Source: Candidatus Pyrohabitans jungbluthii
GTDB lineage: Archaea > Hydrothermarchaeota > Hydrothermarchaeia > Hydrothermarchaeales > BMS3B
Reading direction: 5' to 3'
Assembly: GCA_002010065.2 (NCBI GenBank)
Contig: MTMD02000002.1
Span: 256,001-320,000, forward strand
DNA: 64,000 nt
The notes beneath the pieces are model-generated. The model ran no database searches, was not told the origin of the DNA, and saw only the letters and a program-made list of their open reading frames with translations. Both the position numbers and the translations under genes were made by a program. Each line of letters starts with the position of its first letter. Within the stretch, counting starts at the first letter, position 1. Positions 19,314 through 29,080 of this stretch are shown one piece after another.

Positions 19314-20947
19314 CCGAACACCTCCCTTAGCTTGGGCACAAGCTCACTAGCAACGAAGGGTCTGCCATCCCACCTTGCAATGAGCTCAGCCTCTATGCAA
19401 GCGTGCTCCCTCAGCAGAGAGCCGAGCTGCCCTGTGTAACTGCACTCAACGCAGGCGGCTCTCTCTATGTCCAGCTTCTCAATCTCCCAAGCCGGGAAGG
19501 GTGAGAGGTACCTCACCTGCACCACCTTTATGCCTCCCAGCTTCTGCGCTGCCTCTATGGTAGCGCCTGTGGAGGAGCCCCAGGTAAACACCACGTCTTT
19601 ACCTTCGCCGAAGATTCGAACCGCTTGCCTTTGCTTGACCTCCTCCACAATACCCTGCATTTTCCTCATCCTCTTCTTGTACATCGCCGCGCTTACCTCT
19701 GCGTCGTCGGTAGTGAATCCTCGCTCGTCGTGCTCATTGCCAGTTGCCTTGAGCACCACTTCGGGAGGGAAGGCGAGAGGGCTCACGCCCGAGTCGGTGA
19801 TGAGGTACCTTTTATAATCCTCAGCGCTTCCCTGGTATAGCAGAGGCGGCTCCTCCTTTACTTTCTCCACATCTATCTCCGCCGTGGCTGCGCTCTCTGA
19901 GAGATACCTGTCCATGAGCAGCACCGCAGGTGTTTGAAACTTCCACGTCAAATTGAGCAGCTCACCAGCTAAGCAAAAGGCATCCTCAACGTCGCCCGGA
20001 GACGCCACTATCCTGGGAAACTCTCCGTGGCCAGCGTGGAGCACAAACCTCAGGTCTTCCTGCCCATGCCAGGTGGGCAAGCCCGTGCTCGGCCCGCCAC
20101 GCTGCGATTCCAGAAAGAGCACCGGCACCTCCGCCATGCCAGCCAAGCTGAAGGCTTCCTGCATCAGCGCAAAGCCTCCGCCAGAGGTGCCTACCATTGT
20201 TCTCGCCCCAGCAAAGGCGGAGCCTATTGCCATTACCGCGGCGGCAATCTCATTCTCAGGCTGGACCACGGTCATGCCGAGCTCTTTCTTCACCGACGCC
20301 AGAAAGTGGAGCAGAGAAGAAGAAGGTGTCATGGGGTAGGCATAGTAGTTTCTGAGCCCTGCCTTGACCGCTCCCAAACCAGCAGCTTGGTTACCGTCCA
20401 GCACCGGCTTAGCCTCGCCCACCTTCTTCACTTCTCGAATGCGCTCCAGGTTTTCAGAGGCGTACCTGTAGCCCATCTCCGCGAGGATTACATCCTTCTC
20501 AGCTTTCTCGCCGTACGCATCGCGGTATATCTGGTTGAGAATCTCCACGTCTATGCCGTAGAGGTAGCACAGCGCGCCAAGCGCAGAGGCGTTCCTGAAC
20601 ACCGGCGGCGCCTTTGCCTGCTTTGCAAACTCGCTCATCGGCAAACCCTCGCCACCAGCGTAGCTGAACTTCGAGGAGTCGAAGATCACACGCCTCACGT
20701 GCTCCCTGTGCAGTGGGATGACGTAGTCCTGAAGCGCTATCAGCAGGTCGCCCTTCTGTTCGTGACAGCGTATCTTCTCGCTGCTTACCCTCACTATTGC
20801 CGCGTTGTGTCCGCCGCGTATGAGCGACTGGTATTCCACATGAACAAACACGTGGTAACCCAGCCTTGCAAACAGCTTAGCCGCAACCAGACCAGCGCCC
20901 TTTACACCATCGCCTGCCATTCCAGAGATGCGAAATGTGAAGTCCAT
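19310..20947 (-). CDS. 2-oxoacid:ferredoxin oxidoreductase alpha subunit (gamma-alpha fusion)
   Basis: GMAGDG, QSLIRGGHN, YPMTPSS, TSGGGF, QRGGPSTGLPT. Confidence 0.93.
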   Translation of the reverse strand: MDFTFRISGMAGDGVKGAGLVAAKLFARLGYHVFVHVEYQSLIRGGHNAAIVRVSSEKIRCHEQKGDLLIALQDYVIPLHREHVRRVIFDSSKFSYAGGEGLPMSEFAKQAKAPPVFRNASALGALCYLYGIDVEILNQIYRDAYGEKAEKDVILAEMGYRYASENLERIREVKKVGEAKPVLDGNQAAGLGAVKAGLRNYYAYPMTPSSSLLHFLASVKKELGMTVVQPENEIAAAVMAIGSAFAGARTMVGTSGGGFALMQEAFSLAGMAEVPVLFLESQRGGPSTGLPTWHGQEDLRFVLHAGHGEFPRIVASPGDVEDAFCLAGELLNLTWKFQTPAVLLMDRYLSESAATAEIDVEKVKEEPPLLYQGSAEDYKRYLITDSGVSPLAFPPEVVLKATGNEHDERGFTTDDAEVSAAMYKKRMRKMQGIVEEVKQRQAVRIFGEGKDVVFTWGSSTGATIEAAQKLGGIKVVQVRYLSPFPAWEIEKLDIERAACVECSYTGQLGSLLREHACIEAELIARWDGRPFVASELVPKLREVFG

Positions 20948-21104
20948 TCTACCCCCCACTAGAGTATGCTACTTAGGGATAGAAAAAGGTTTTCCAGGAC
21001 GCTGGTCTCCTTTTTTTAGAATCATCATAAAAAATCATTACAGAACAAAAACTTTTTATAGCCTTCGGGAGAGATAAAACCCAAGCGCTGAAAGGAGGTC
21101 TGGA

Positions 21105-21290
21105 ATGGCAGAGATAGAGGTGAATAAGGATACCTGCGTTGGTTGCGGAGAGTGCGTGGATATATGCCCTGCCGATGTTTATGAGCTTCAGGATGGAAAG
21201 TCAACGCCCGTACGTATGGAAGACTGTGTCAACTGCTGCTCCTGCGTGGAGGTGTGCCCCACCAACTCGATAAACCACGAATCCTGCTAA
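21105..21290 (+). CDS. 2[4Fe-4S] ferredoxin
   Basis: CVGCGECVDICP and CVNCCSCVEVCP; GGAGG RBS. Confidence 0.93.
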   Translation: MAEIEVNKDTCVGCGECVDICPADVYELQDGKSTPVRMEDCVNCCSCVEVCPTNSINHESC

Positions 21291-21332
21291 TGCAAAAATT
21301 AATTATAGCTGTTTTGTGAGTTTTTACTGCAG

Positions 21333-21761
21333 GTGGAGCCGATGAAGGTTAAGGATATAATGCACGGCGTTACAATCGTGGAGCCGGATACCAGCGTTCT
21401 CGAAATTGCTCGTATAATGAAGGAGAAAAATATCGGCTCAGTGCTTGTCAAGCTTAGCGAGGTGGACTGGGGGATTGTGACTGAGAGAGATATAATAAAT
21501 AAGGTTGTGGCGAGGGGTTTAAGCTTCAAGGAGGTAAAGGCGAACGACATAATGACAGAACTAAAGGTAACCATAGACGCCTCCGCGCCTATAAGCAAGG
21601 CGAGCGAGTTATTCAACATCTACCACATACGCCGCCTCCCCGTCATGGAGAATGGGGAGATAATAGGGATGATAACCTCTCGCGATGTGGCAAAGTACTG
21701 CATGTTCAAGTCGCTTAGGGCAAAAAAGGAGTACAGCAGAAGCGGGGGTTACAGGAGGTAG
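21333..21761 (+). CDS. CBS domain pair protein
   Basis: GIVTERDI and IRRLPV...GMITSRDV. Confidence 0.9.
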   Translation: MEPMKVKDIMHGVTIVEPDTSVLEIARIMKEKNIGSVLVKLSEVDWGIVTERDIINKVVARGLSFKEVKANDIMTELKVTIDASAPISKASELFNIYHIRRLPVMENGEIIGMITSRDVAKYCMFKSLRAKKEYSRSGGYRR

Positions 21762-21842
21762 CTAGAATCTTTTTATTAAGAGCTTTGATTTAGAAGCTAA
21801 CGATTATTTCAAATTGGTACAAATCTATAGGCCATATAATGT

Positions 21843-23303
21843 TTAAGAACCAAATATTTTTGCTTCGGTTGTAGCACATTTTTTGAATTTGATGTTGTGA
21901 AATTCTTCAAATACCCTTTTAGCTGCTTCATTTACTTTTTTTCGAATATTATTATCTGGGGGTGCAAACACATGCCCTTTTAACTTAGTTTCTCCATAAG
22001 CGGTTAACCACCAATCTGCTGGAAATATTTTGTTTAATGTAACAAATTTATTTTTACTTACTTTTACGAGGCACTGAGATGGTTCTCGTAAAGAAGGCGG
22101 CTGAGGAATGTCCACCCAAATTTCATATACACTGCATATACCATCAACTTCATCTACTATAAGTTCTCTTAATTCTCTTATGGAAATTGGATCTTCAGCA
22201 AACCTAATTAACCTCTGATAATCTAAAACATTTTTTATACATCTACGAGAAATAATTAGTGCCCTTTTTAATAGTAGTCGTCGCTTTAAGTTATTAATGA
22301 TAGGTCTAATCTCTGAAATTTTTGCAAAATTTGATAATATATCATAATCGTCTATTTTTAGAAAATCTACTGAATTTCTAAAGTTTAACCCATCAAATTC
22401 GATATTGTAATCATAAATTATCTCAAATATACTTTTTAACATACAAGTTGCTGCCCTAATTTTATGATGATGATATATTGAAGAATAAAGGAGCACTTTG
22501 TTGAATAAAACTTGTTCTACGTTATGTACTCCACTGATATCTATACATACTCTTCTGGGATATCCTCTTCTAAAGTCTATCAATGTTGTATGCATTATAC
22601 GATCAAGGTCTACTTCCATTTTTAGACCAGAAAAATGTGCATCTCGAGGGATATAATCCAATTTATCACAATCAAAAGCCCCATTTATTAAGTCTGCTTT
22701 GTAAAATTCTCTGTCATATCCATCCGTATTACCTATTATCATATTTGCTATCTTTTGAATATCCCAATTTCTGTGATATTTTGACATTAAGTCATCAAAG
22801 AAATCTTTAAATGGCTTAGAAGTTATTATCATATAAGACAATATCTCATGAGGTTTTGCTTTACTGAATTTGGGGTCTTTAAGTGCTTTTTGCATATCTT
22901 TTAGTTGGATTAGTATTTCTTCTGATGGATGTGAGAAAGGACCATGACCTATGTCATGTAAAAGAGCTGCAAGTCGTAATTCTTCAATAGTATTTGTGTC
23001 AAACATCGCTTTAAATTTTTTCTTTAATGCATTAGCAATTTTGTCTACAATAATCAATACTCCTATCGAATGTTCAAAACGATTATGATGTGCTGAAGGG
23101 TATGTTAAAAACGCTAAACCTGTTTGGTGAATTCTACGAAGTCTTTGGACGAATGGGAGGTCTATTATATTAATCTCATGCTCATGAAAAAGATACGAAC
23201 CAACGACTCCATCACGGATTAGTTTTCTATCTCGTACATTATAGGGTTCATATTCTGAAAGTTGCTCGTCTACGAACCTCTCAATTGACGAAGCTAATGA
23301 CAA
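21843..23303 (-). CDS. HD-domain phosphohydrolase, SAMHD1/dGTPase/YwfO-like
   Basis: QRLRRIHQ, HNRFEHSIG, LLHDIGHGPFSH, HE, DCDKLDYIPRD, IYHHH. Confidence 0.9.
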   Translation of the reverse strand: MSLASSIERFVDEQLSEYEPYNVRDRKLIRDGVVGSYLFHEHEINIIDLPFVQRLRRIHQTGLAFLTYPSAHHNRFEHSIGVLIIVDKIANALKKKFKAMFDTNTIEELRLAALLHDIGHGPFSHPSEEILIQLKDMQKALKDPKFSKAKPHEILSYMIITSKPFKDFFDDLMSKYHRNWDIQKIANMIIGNTDGYDREFYKADLINGAFDCDKLDYIPRDAHFSGLKMEVDLDRIMHTTLIDFRRGYPRRVCIDISGVHNVEQVLFNKVLLYSSIYHHHKIRAATCMLKSIFEIIYDYNIEFDGLNFRNSVDFLKIDDYDILSNFAKISEIRPIINNLKRRLLLKRALIISRRCIKNVLDYQRLIRFAEDPISIRELRELIVDEVDGICSVYEIWVDIPQPPSLREPSQCLVKVSKNKFVTLNKIFPADWWLTAYGETKLKGHVFAPPDNNIRKKVNEAAKRVFEEFHNIKFKKCATTEAKIFGS

Positions 23304-23332
23304 AACAATCCCCCCATTTTTATTAATTATAC

Positions 23333-23782
23333 TTATCTTTCAATAATTAATGAATGGAATTTTTTACTCATCTCTTTTAATTTTCTTTTTTCTTCATCTG
23401 AAAATAGTGGTAAAATGTTTCTTCTTATATAATTTCTAGAATTTGCAGGGATGATACATCTTTTAAAATCCGGATTAACGGTACTAATTATCCCTCCATT
23501 TTGAAGTCTAAATAGAACTCTTTCAAGCAATTTTGAAAAAGGATAGATGTCTCCCTTTGAAAATACAAATTCACCTAAAAGTTCGGGATAATCATTTTTA
23601 AGATAGTTGATCGCAGAATGGATTTTTTCATAATCTGCAGGAATTTCTTCTGTTTCTAGGAATGAAAGCATTGCGGCTATAACATCATCGGGAGTACGAC
23701 GTAACCTCAGCTCTTTTAGTATATTTCTCTTTTTTTCTTCACCTAGCCTATCTTTTTTTGGTAAAGTAATAAATTCATACAT
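23333..23782 (-). CDS. Hypothetical protein, YwgA/SocA-like winged-helix candidate
   Basis: GGAGG RBS; FVFSKGDIYPFSKLLERVLFRLQNGGII resembles the F-x-F...P[FY]S..L...L..L...G motif. Confidence 0.6.
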   Translation of the reverse strand: MYEFITLPKKDRLGEEKKRNILKELRLRRTPDDVIAAMLSFLETEEIPADYEKIHSAINYLKNDYPELLGEFVFSKGDIYPFSKLLERVLFRLQNGGIISTVNPDFKRCIIPANSRNYIRRNILPLFSDEEKRKLKEMSKKFHSLIIER

Positions 23783-24010
23783 TCCCTTTTACCTCCTTTA
23801 GAGTTATTATTAAAATCTTTTCTAGAAGCGCTGGAAAAGTAATAAATAACATACCCTCTCCCACCAAACAGTGTTTCCCACTGAGTTCCATTTTTCTCTT
23901 CATAGTATTAATTATTAATGGATAAATTAATATTATATAAATTTTATTATTTGGTTTGGAATTTGAAATTCCATATTTAATTTTTATTACTTGATTAGGA
24001 TGAGTTAACA

Positions 24011-25129
24011 CTAAAACACCATCATCCTCTCTATCTTCTCCGCCTCTACGCCAGCCTCCTTGAGCTTCAGCGTTGTGATGATGTTTCTTATCTCATTCTC
24101 CCTCAGGAAGAGATGCCCCATGGGCACGCCTATGTGGAACCTGTCGCCCCGGAAGGCGCGCTGGTAGAGTTTTATCATGTGCCTGCGAAGCGCTATCTCT
24201 AGGGGGAGCACAGATGCAATGCCCTCGTACTCCCTTGCAGCCTCTGCGCTGGCTGGCGCGTACCTCATGCCGAAGGGCAGCTCCCTGCTTAGCGAGTCGT
24301 AGTCCTTCAGGAGAGAGGCGATTAGCGAGGTGTAACCAAAGTGGGGCAGCTCCGTGGTAATCTGCCCTAAGTGGCGCAGCCCCAGAATAGCGGTGAGCAC
24401 TTCCCTTCTCACCCTGTACCTCACAGGTATAAAGTAGGCCTCTGCAGTTGAGACGTCGATGCCTCGAAGCCTGAACGCCGCGAGCACATTCCTGAGGTCT
24501 ATCTCCATGCCAATAAGCTCCCTGGCAACTGCTCTATCGCGGGTTGAAAGTGCACTCACAGCGCCCCACAGGTTCTGGTATAAGAAGCTGTCGAGGGCGC
24601 TGGTGAGCACCGCAGGCGAGCCGTCCTCGGTGTAGCTTGGCAAAGCTTTTGAGAGGGGCTTGTAGTAGTCTGTGCCCTTAAGCGTCTCCACGAGCTCACG
24701 AACATCCTGCGCTTCTATCATCTTCTGGATCCTATCTTCAGTCAAATCACGGGTGGTGAAAATGGGATAGCTACTACGGATAACCTCAGGGGGCACGCCT
24801 GCATGCTTAAGGCGCAGAATCGCCTTCACCACTTCGGCTGCGAACTTCTTGTAGAGCCTGTCCATCGCCACCTTTGGCTCTCGCCTCAGGCCGTGTACTA
24901 TCCTCTCATACTCCTGAGCAAGGGAGCTGTAAAGCATCCCCTCTATGTTCAGGACATTTACATCCTGAAGCTTGGAGATTTCCTTACCTACGAAGGTGCC
25001 CTTAAGCAGGGAGATTACATCCTCTACTGTTGGCACCTCTATCAGCGAGCGGAACTCTCCCTGCGTGAGCATCCGCGACCTTAAGGCACCTATCTTTGCA
25101 TTGATATAGGCATAATCTCCTGCTGACAT
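24011..25129 (-). CDS. atpC: A/V-type ATP synthase subunit C (d-like)
   Basis: YAYINAKIGALRSRML, LKGTDYY, EIDLRN, ENEIRNI. Confidence 0.85.
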   Translation of the reverse strand: MSAGDYAYINAKIGALRSRMLTQGEFRSLIEVPTVEDVISLLKGTFVGKEISKLQDVNVLNIEGMLYSSLAQEYERIVHGLRREPKVAMDRLYKKFAAEVVKAILRLKHAGVPPEVIRSSYPIFTTRDLTEDRIQKMIEAQDVRELVETLKGTDYYKPLSKALPSYTEDGSPAVLTSALDSFLYQNLWGAVSALSTRDRAVARELIGMEIDLRNVLAAFRLRGIDVSTAEAYFIPVRYRVRREVLTAILGLRHLGQITTELPHFGYTSLIASLLKDYDSLSRELPFGMRYAPASAEAAREYEGIASVLPLEIALRRHMIKLYQRAFRGDRFHIGVPMGHLFLRENEIRNIITTLKLKEAGVEAEKIERMMVF

Positions 25130-25167
25130 GCTCCAGCTCCCTAAAAATTAAAAAAATATTTTGTGGT

Positions 25168-25500
25168 TTATATCTTGGTCAGGAGCATGAAGGATATAAT
25201 CAAGCCATACAGCGCAATTCCTTCAGCAAGCGCGACTATGATAAGGCCCCAGGTCATCATCTCAGGCTTCTCGGAGATAGCGCCCAGCGCTGCAGCGCCG
25301 GTATGGCCTATAGCGAAGCCCGCGCCAGCAGCTGCGAGACCCACAGCGAGAGCTGCGGCAATCGCATAGAGACCCTTCTGGTTCGCTGTAGCTGCTGCAT
25401 CTCCACCAGCGGCTGCACCTTCTTCAGCAGCAAAAGCTATGCCTAGGGAAGCCACCATTGCTATGCCCAACACGATACCTAAAGTTGTTACCTTCCTCAT
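25168..25500 (-). CDS. atpK: A/V-type ATP synthase proteolipid subunit K (c) with N-terminal extra helix
   Basis: GAAALGAISEKPE...ALAEGIALYG with the essential Glu. Confidence 0.93.
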   Translation of the reverse strand: MRKVTTLGIVLGIAMVASLGIAFAAEEGAAAGGDAAATANQKGLYAIAAALAVGLAAAGAGFAIGHTGAAALGAISEKPEMMTWGLIIVALAEGIALYGLIISFMLLTKI

Positions 25501-25545
25501 ACTTTCACCTCTCCTTAGTTTTTGCTTTCTTCTCCTATTTTACTC

Positions 25546-27603
25546 TTACTCCTTATAGATTACCTTTAGGGGTGAGAAGGGCACACCATTGCCCTGATAG
25601 AACTTCGAGAATATTTCATAGAAGTGCAACCTCAGCGTATGGACAAAGGAGATGAAGGCCTCCATCACTAGGATTACAAGGTTGCCGAGGATGAACACCA
25701 GGGCGATGAGCACACCCTTGCCGGGTATTGCCGAGGCACTCAGGCCATTCATGGCGTTGACCATCATCATAGATAGCGCAGCGTGCACCACACCTATAAT
25801 CGTAATTCTCAGGAAGGAGAGCGTGTTTGTGAGGTACTTCATGGCATTTTCGAAGGTCTCTATAAAGGCGATCATTATCCCCTCTTTCTTTATCAGCCAC
25901 CCCTCAATGAATATGAGCAGTATGGGTACGCCAACGCCGATGGCTATTGCTGGTGGGGTCATCGCATCCTTGAACACCACGTAGCTGCCGCCGAGAAGCG
26001 CCCATATTCCAGGCACGCCGAAGGGGCTTAACAAGCCGTGCTTCAGCTCGCCCCTGATTGCGTGGTTCACTATGTTTATCACCAATCCAAGGATGAGCAG
26101 ACCTATGCCAAGGTATATAGAGAAGTACACCGCCCGCATTATTCTGTCGGGAGCACCGAGAAGCGCACCCTCAAAGAATCTGTCCAGCACAGGTACCTTC
26201 ACCGGCTCTATGCTGAAGCCCAGGTACTTCTCCATGGGCGATAACTCCTCGCCGTGCATGGCCTCTGCCTCAAGGCCAAACATGCTGCCGTACATGAACC
26301 CCACAAGCGTTGCCATTATTCCGCACAGGATTAGCGTTCTTCCCAGCTTCCTACCCTTATCGCTCAGCTTCTTCATCTTAAAGCCCATGAATATGCCGAC
26401 GAGGGTTAGTATCAACCCCTGACCAATATCGCCGAACATGAAGCCGAAGATGAATGGGAAGGTTACTGCGATTATGCTCGTGGGGTCTATCTCGCGGTAG
26501 TGGGGCGTACCATAGGTGGTTGTGAGCGACTCTAAAGGCTGGGTAACCTTGGGGTTAACGATGAGCGTGGGCGGGGTCTCCTCTTCCTCGGGCTCGCTAA
26601 CCTCGACAACGCACGCTCCGCCGGTGGTTTTCTCTATAATATCCACAACCTCATTCACCCGCGAAGCAGGCACCCACCCGGCGAGGTAGTATGTGCTCGC
26701 GGTCTTAAGGAAGTTCAGGTTAGCTTCATCGACGGTCTTGGCTATGGTGAGGAATCTCTTATACCTGAGGAGGTTGCCAATCTCCTTGTTGGCTATCTCG
26801 CGAAGCTGGTTTATTATATCCTTTTCATCCTTCTCAAGCGCTGCGGCGTTCTCCTCAACCTTCCTTTTTGCTTCCTCCAGCGTATAGGGGATGAGCCTCA
26901 GGGGGATGCTAACCTCCTCAAAGCGGTGGATTCGAAGCTGCCTGCTAACATCTGCCTCGTACTTCTTCAGCACTATGAGCACGAGAAGAGCCTGCTTTTT
27001 GGCTATCTCTTTGGTTTCAAGGATGTAGAGGTCGGTTATCTTGCCCACGCTCTCCTCTATGGCGGCTATCTCTTCCTTTGGTATAACGCCGAAAAATATA
27101 GAAGTGTACTTCAACCCGCGCAGGTCCTTGGGGCCGAAACCAAAGACCTCGAGTTTCTCAAGCGTCGCCCTGAAGCTCTGAAGCTCCTCCTTCTCCTTCC
27201 TTACCTCAGCAAGGCGATTGTTAAGGGCAAGCACTCTATCCTCAAGGAAGAACAGCCTCTCCGCAATCTCCTCAAAGGCTTGCTTGACCTCATCTTCACT
27301 GGCAGGGAGCTTCCTGGCTATCTCCTCCAGATCACCCAGGGGCGGAGATTCAACATCCTCCGGAAAAGCCTGCCTCAGAATCTCCAGCAGGTTTTCTATC
27401 TTGGAAATATTCTCAGAGGCCTCTATTCTGATCCACGAGCCTCCCGCAGCCTTGAGTTTAAGCTTCTCCACTAATTCGCTGCCGTCGGAGGCAGAGTTTA
27501 TGAAGTGGATTACACCCTTATCCTTAAGCTCCTTGAGCACGCTGTTCTTGTGCTCTTCTAGGAGCACCGCCTCTACCTTCTTCATTGGCAAGGGCTTAAG
27601 CAT
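25546..27603 (-). CDS. atpI: A/V-type ATP synthase subunit I (a)
   Basis: GWVP, YGTPHYREIDPT, FGFMFGDIGQG, SFLR, LRLHFYEIFSKFY. Confidence 0.93.
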   Translation of the reverse strand: MLKPLPMKKVEAVLLEEHKNSVLKELKDKGVIHFINSASDGSELVEKLKLKAAGGSWIRIEASENISKIENLLEILRQAFPEDVESPPLGDLEEIARKLPASEDEVKQAFEEIAERLFFLEDRVLALNNRLAEVRKEKEELQSFRATLEKLEVFGFGPKDLRGLKYTSIFFGVIPKEEIAAIEESVGKITDLYILETKEIAKKQALLVLIVLKKYEADVSRQLRIHRFEEVSIPLRLIPYTLEEAKRKVEENAAALEKDEKDIINQLREIANKEIGNLLRYKRFLTIAKTVDEANLNFLKTASTYYLAGWVPASRVNEVVDIIEKTTGGACVVEVSEPEEEETPPTLIVNPKVTQPLESLTTTYGTPHYREIDPTSIIAVTFPFIFGFMFGDIGQGLILTLVGIFMGFKMKKLSDKGRKLGRTLILCGIMATLVGFMYGSMFGLEAEAMHGEELSPMEKYLGFSIEPVKVPVLDRFFEGALLGAPDRIMRAVYFSIYLGIGLLILGLVINIVNHAIRGELKHGLLSPFGVPGIWALLGGSYVVFKDAMTPPAIAIGVGVPILLIFIEGWLIKKEGIMIAFIETFENAMKYLTNTLSFLRITIIGVVHAALSMMMVNAMNGLSASAIPGKGVLIALVFILGNLVILVMEAFISFVHTLRLHFYEIFSKFYQGNGVPFSPLKVIYKE

Positions 27604-27646
27604 ATCGCGACCCTCTGTTCAGTAAACAGGTGGGTTAATATACTGC

Positions 27647-29026
27647 TCAGTTTTTAAATTTTTCTGCCACTCTCAAAAAGTTGTTCACCATGCTCGGGTA
27701 GGAAAGCACGTGAACATGCATATAGTTTGCAAGGGTGTTGTCTTTTATTATACCATCATGGGCGCCGTCCACACCCTTTCCTCTCTCAACTCGGTACGCA
27801 AAGGTTAGCTTCTCAAAGGCTTTAACCTTGGAGTAGTGGAACTCGTGTCCCACCAAGAGATCACCACTCCTGCTTATGGGATTATCGCGAACAGCAAGAT
27901 TCTTCACATAGCCCAAAGCCTGAAACTTAGCCTCCATTTTCGTGGCAATGGGCAGGAAGCCCACCATCTCGTATTCATGATTATCTCTGGTATTTATACT
28001 TTGCCCCAGGTACATGAGCCCGCCACACTCTGCGTAGCAGGGCTTACCGCTGGCACAGAAGTCGTATATGCTTTGCCTTAGCCTGTGGTTGCGTTCAAGC
28101 TGCTCTGCCATTATCTCAGGAAAACCTCCGCCTATGTAGAGGGCATCTAAATCTTTTGGTAGCGCTGAATCGTGAAGCGTGTCTATTGGCACCAGCTTTG
28201 CCCCCTGGGCAGCGAAGGCATCGAGGTTGTCCTGGTAGTAGAAGGTGAAGGCTACATCCCGAGCAACACCCAGAGTAACCTTCGGCTCTCCTGGCTCTGA
28301 AAACAGGGGGTTGAGAGGGACCTCCTCAATCTCGGGCGCATTGCTCGCCACCTCGAGGATGCCGTCTATGTCTATGTGTTCCTCCACTATGCTCGCTAGG
28401 TTGTCGAAGAGTTGCTCGAGTTTATCCTTCTCGTACGCTGGTATTAAGCCGAGGTGACGCTCAGGTATCTCTATGCTCTGGCTTCTCGGCACGGTGCCGA
28501 AGACGCGCATCTTGGCAAGAACTTCAACGGCAGTCTTTGCCTTGTACGCATGCCTGGGGTTGCCCACGCGGTTCAGCACAACACCTGCTATGTCCACGCT
28601 TGGGTCAAATAGTTTGTAGCCAAGAACGAAGGGGGCGGCTGTGCGGGAGATTCGCTCCACATTAGCCACGAGAATTACGGGAGCCTTAATAACCTTGCTA
28701 ACTTCAGCGGTGCTTCCCTTCGCATCGACAGCGTTGTGGCTGTCGTACAGCCCCATCGTGCCTTCGATTACAGCTATATCAGCGCCCTTGGAGTTCCTTA
28801 CGAAGGTCTCTAAGATGTCCTCGTCGCGCATCATGTAGCCGTCTAAGTTCCTGCTCACCCTCCCCGTGGCGAAGAGGTGATAGCTGGGGTCGATGAAGTC
28901 AGGACCAACCTTGAAAGGCTGCACCTTGTAGCCGCGGTTGCGCAGGGCGCGCATTAAGCCGATGGAAATGACGGTTTTGCCAGCTCTGCTGGAGGTGCCT
29001 GAGATGAGAATCCGCGGGATATCCAT
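27647..29026 (-). CDS. Cobyrinate a,c-diamide synthase family amidase (CbiA/CfbB/DsrN group)
   Basis: SSRAGKT, FKVGPDFIDP, ERHLGL, GGGFPE, AECGGLMYL, GHEFHYS. Confidence 0.9.
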   Translation of the reverse strand: MDIPRILISGTSSRAGKTVISIGLMRALRNRGYKVQPFKVGPDFIDPSYHLFATGRVSRNLDGYMMRDEDILETFVRNSKGADIAVIEGTMGLYDSHNAVDAKGSTAEVSKVIKAPVILVANVERISRTAAPFVLGYKLFDPSVDIAGVVLNRVGNPRHAYKAKTAVEVLAKMRVFGTVPRSQSIEIPERHLGLIPAYEKDKLEQLFDNLASIVEEHIDIDGILEVASNAPEIEEVPLNPLFSEPGEPKVTLGVARDVAFTFYYQDNLDAFAAQGAKLVPIDTLHDSALPKDLDALYIGGGFPEIMAEQLERNHRLRQSIYDFCASGKPCYAECGGLMYLGQSINTRDNHEYEMVGFLPIATKMEAKFQALGYVKNLAVRDNPISRSGDLLVGHEFHYSKVKAFEKLTFAYRVERGKGVDGAHDGIIKDNTLANYMHVHVLSYPSMVNNFLRVAEKFKN

Positions 29027-29080
29027 GGCATAACCTCTTGGGCAGAGGCTCGCCTAACGTAGCAAAGCAAAACTGAAGCC

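Larger units (their letters stand above)
21770..24010. mobile_element. AT-rich horizontally acquired island (two genes, no mobility gene)
   Basis: Abrupt shift to very AT-rich DNA and A/T-ending codons; boundaries approximate; no att repeats seen. Confidence 0.6.

Noticed and set aside
23775-24011. 78-aa ORF at the island edge
   Set aside because: Very AT-rich, promoter-like DNA with a weak start and no motif.
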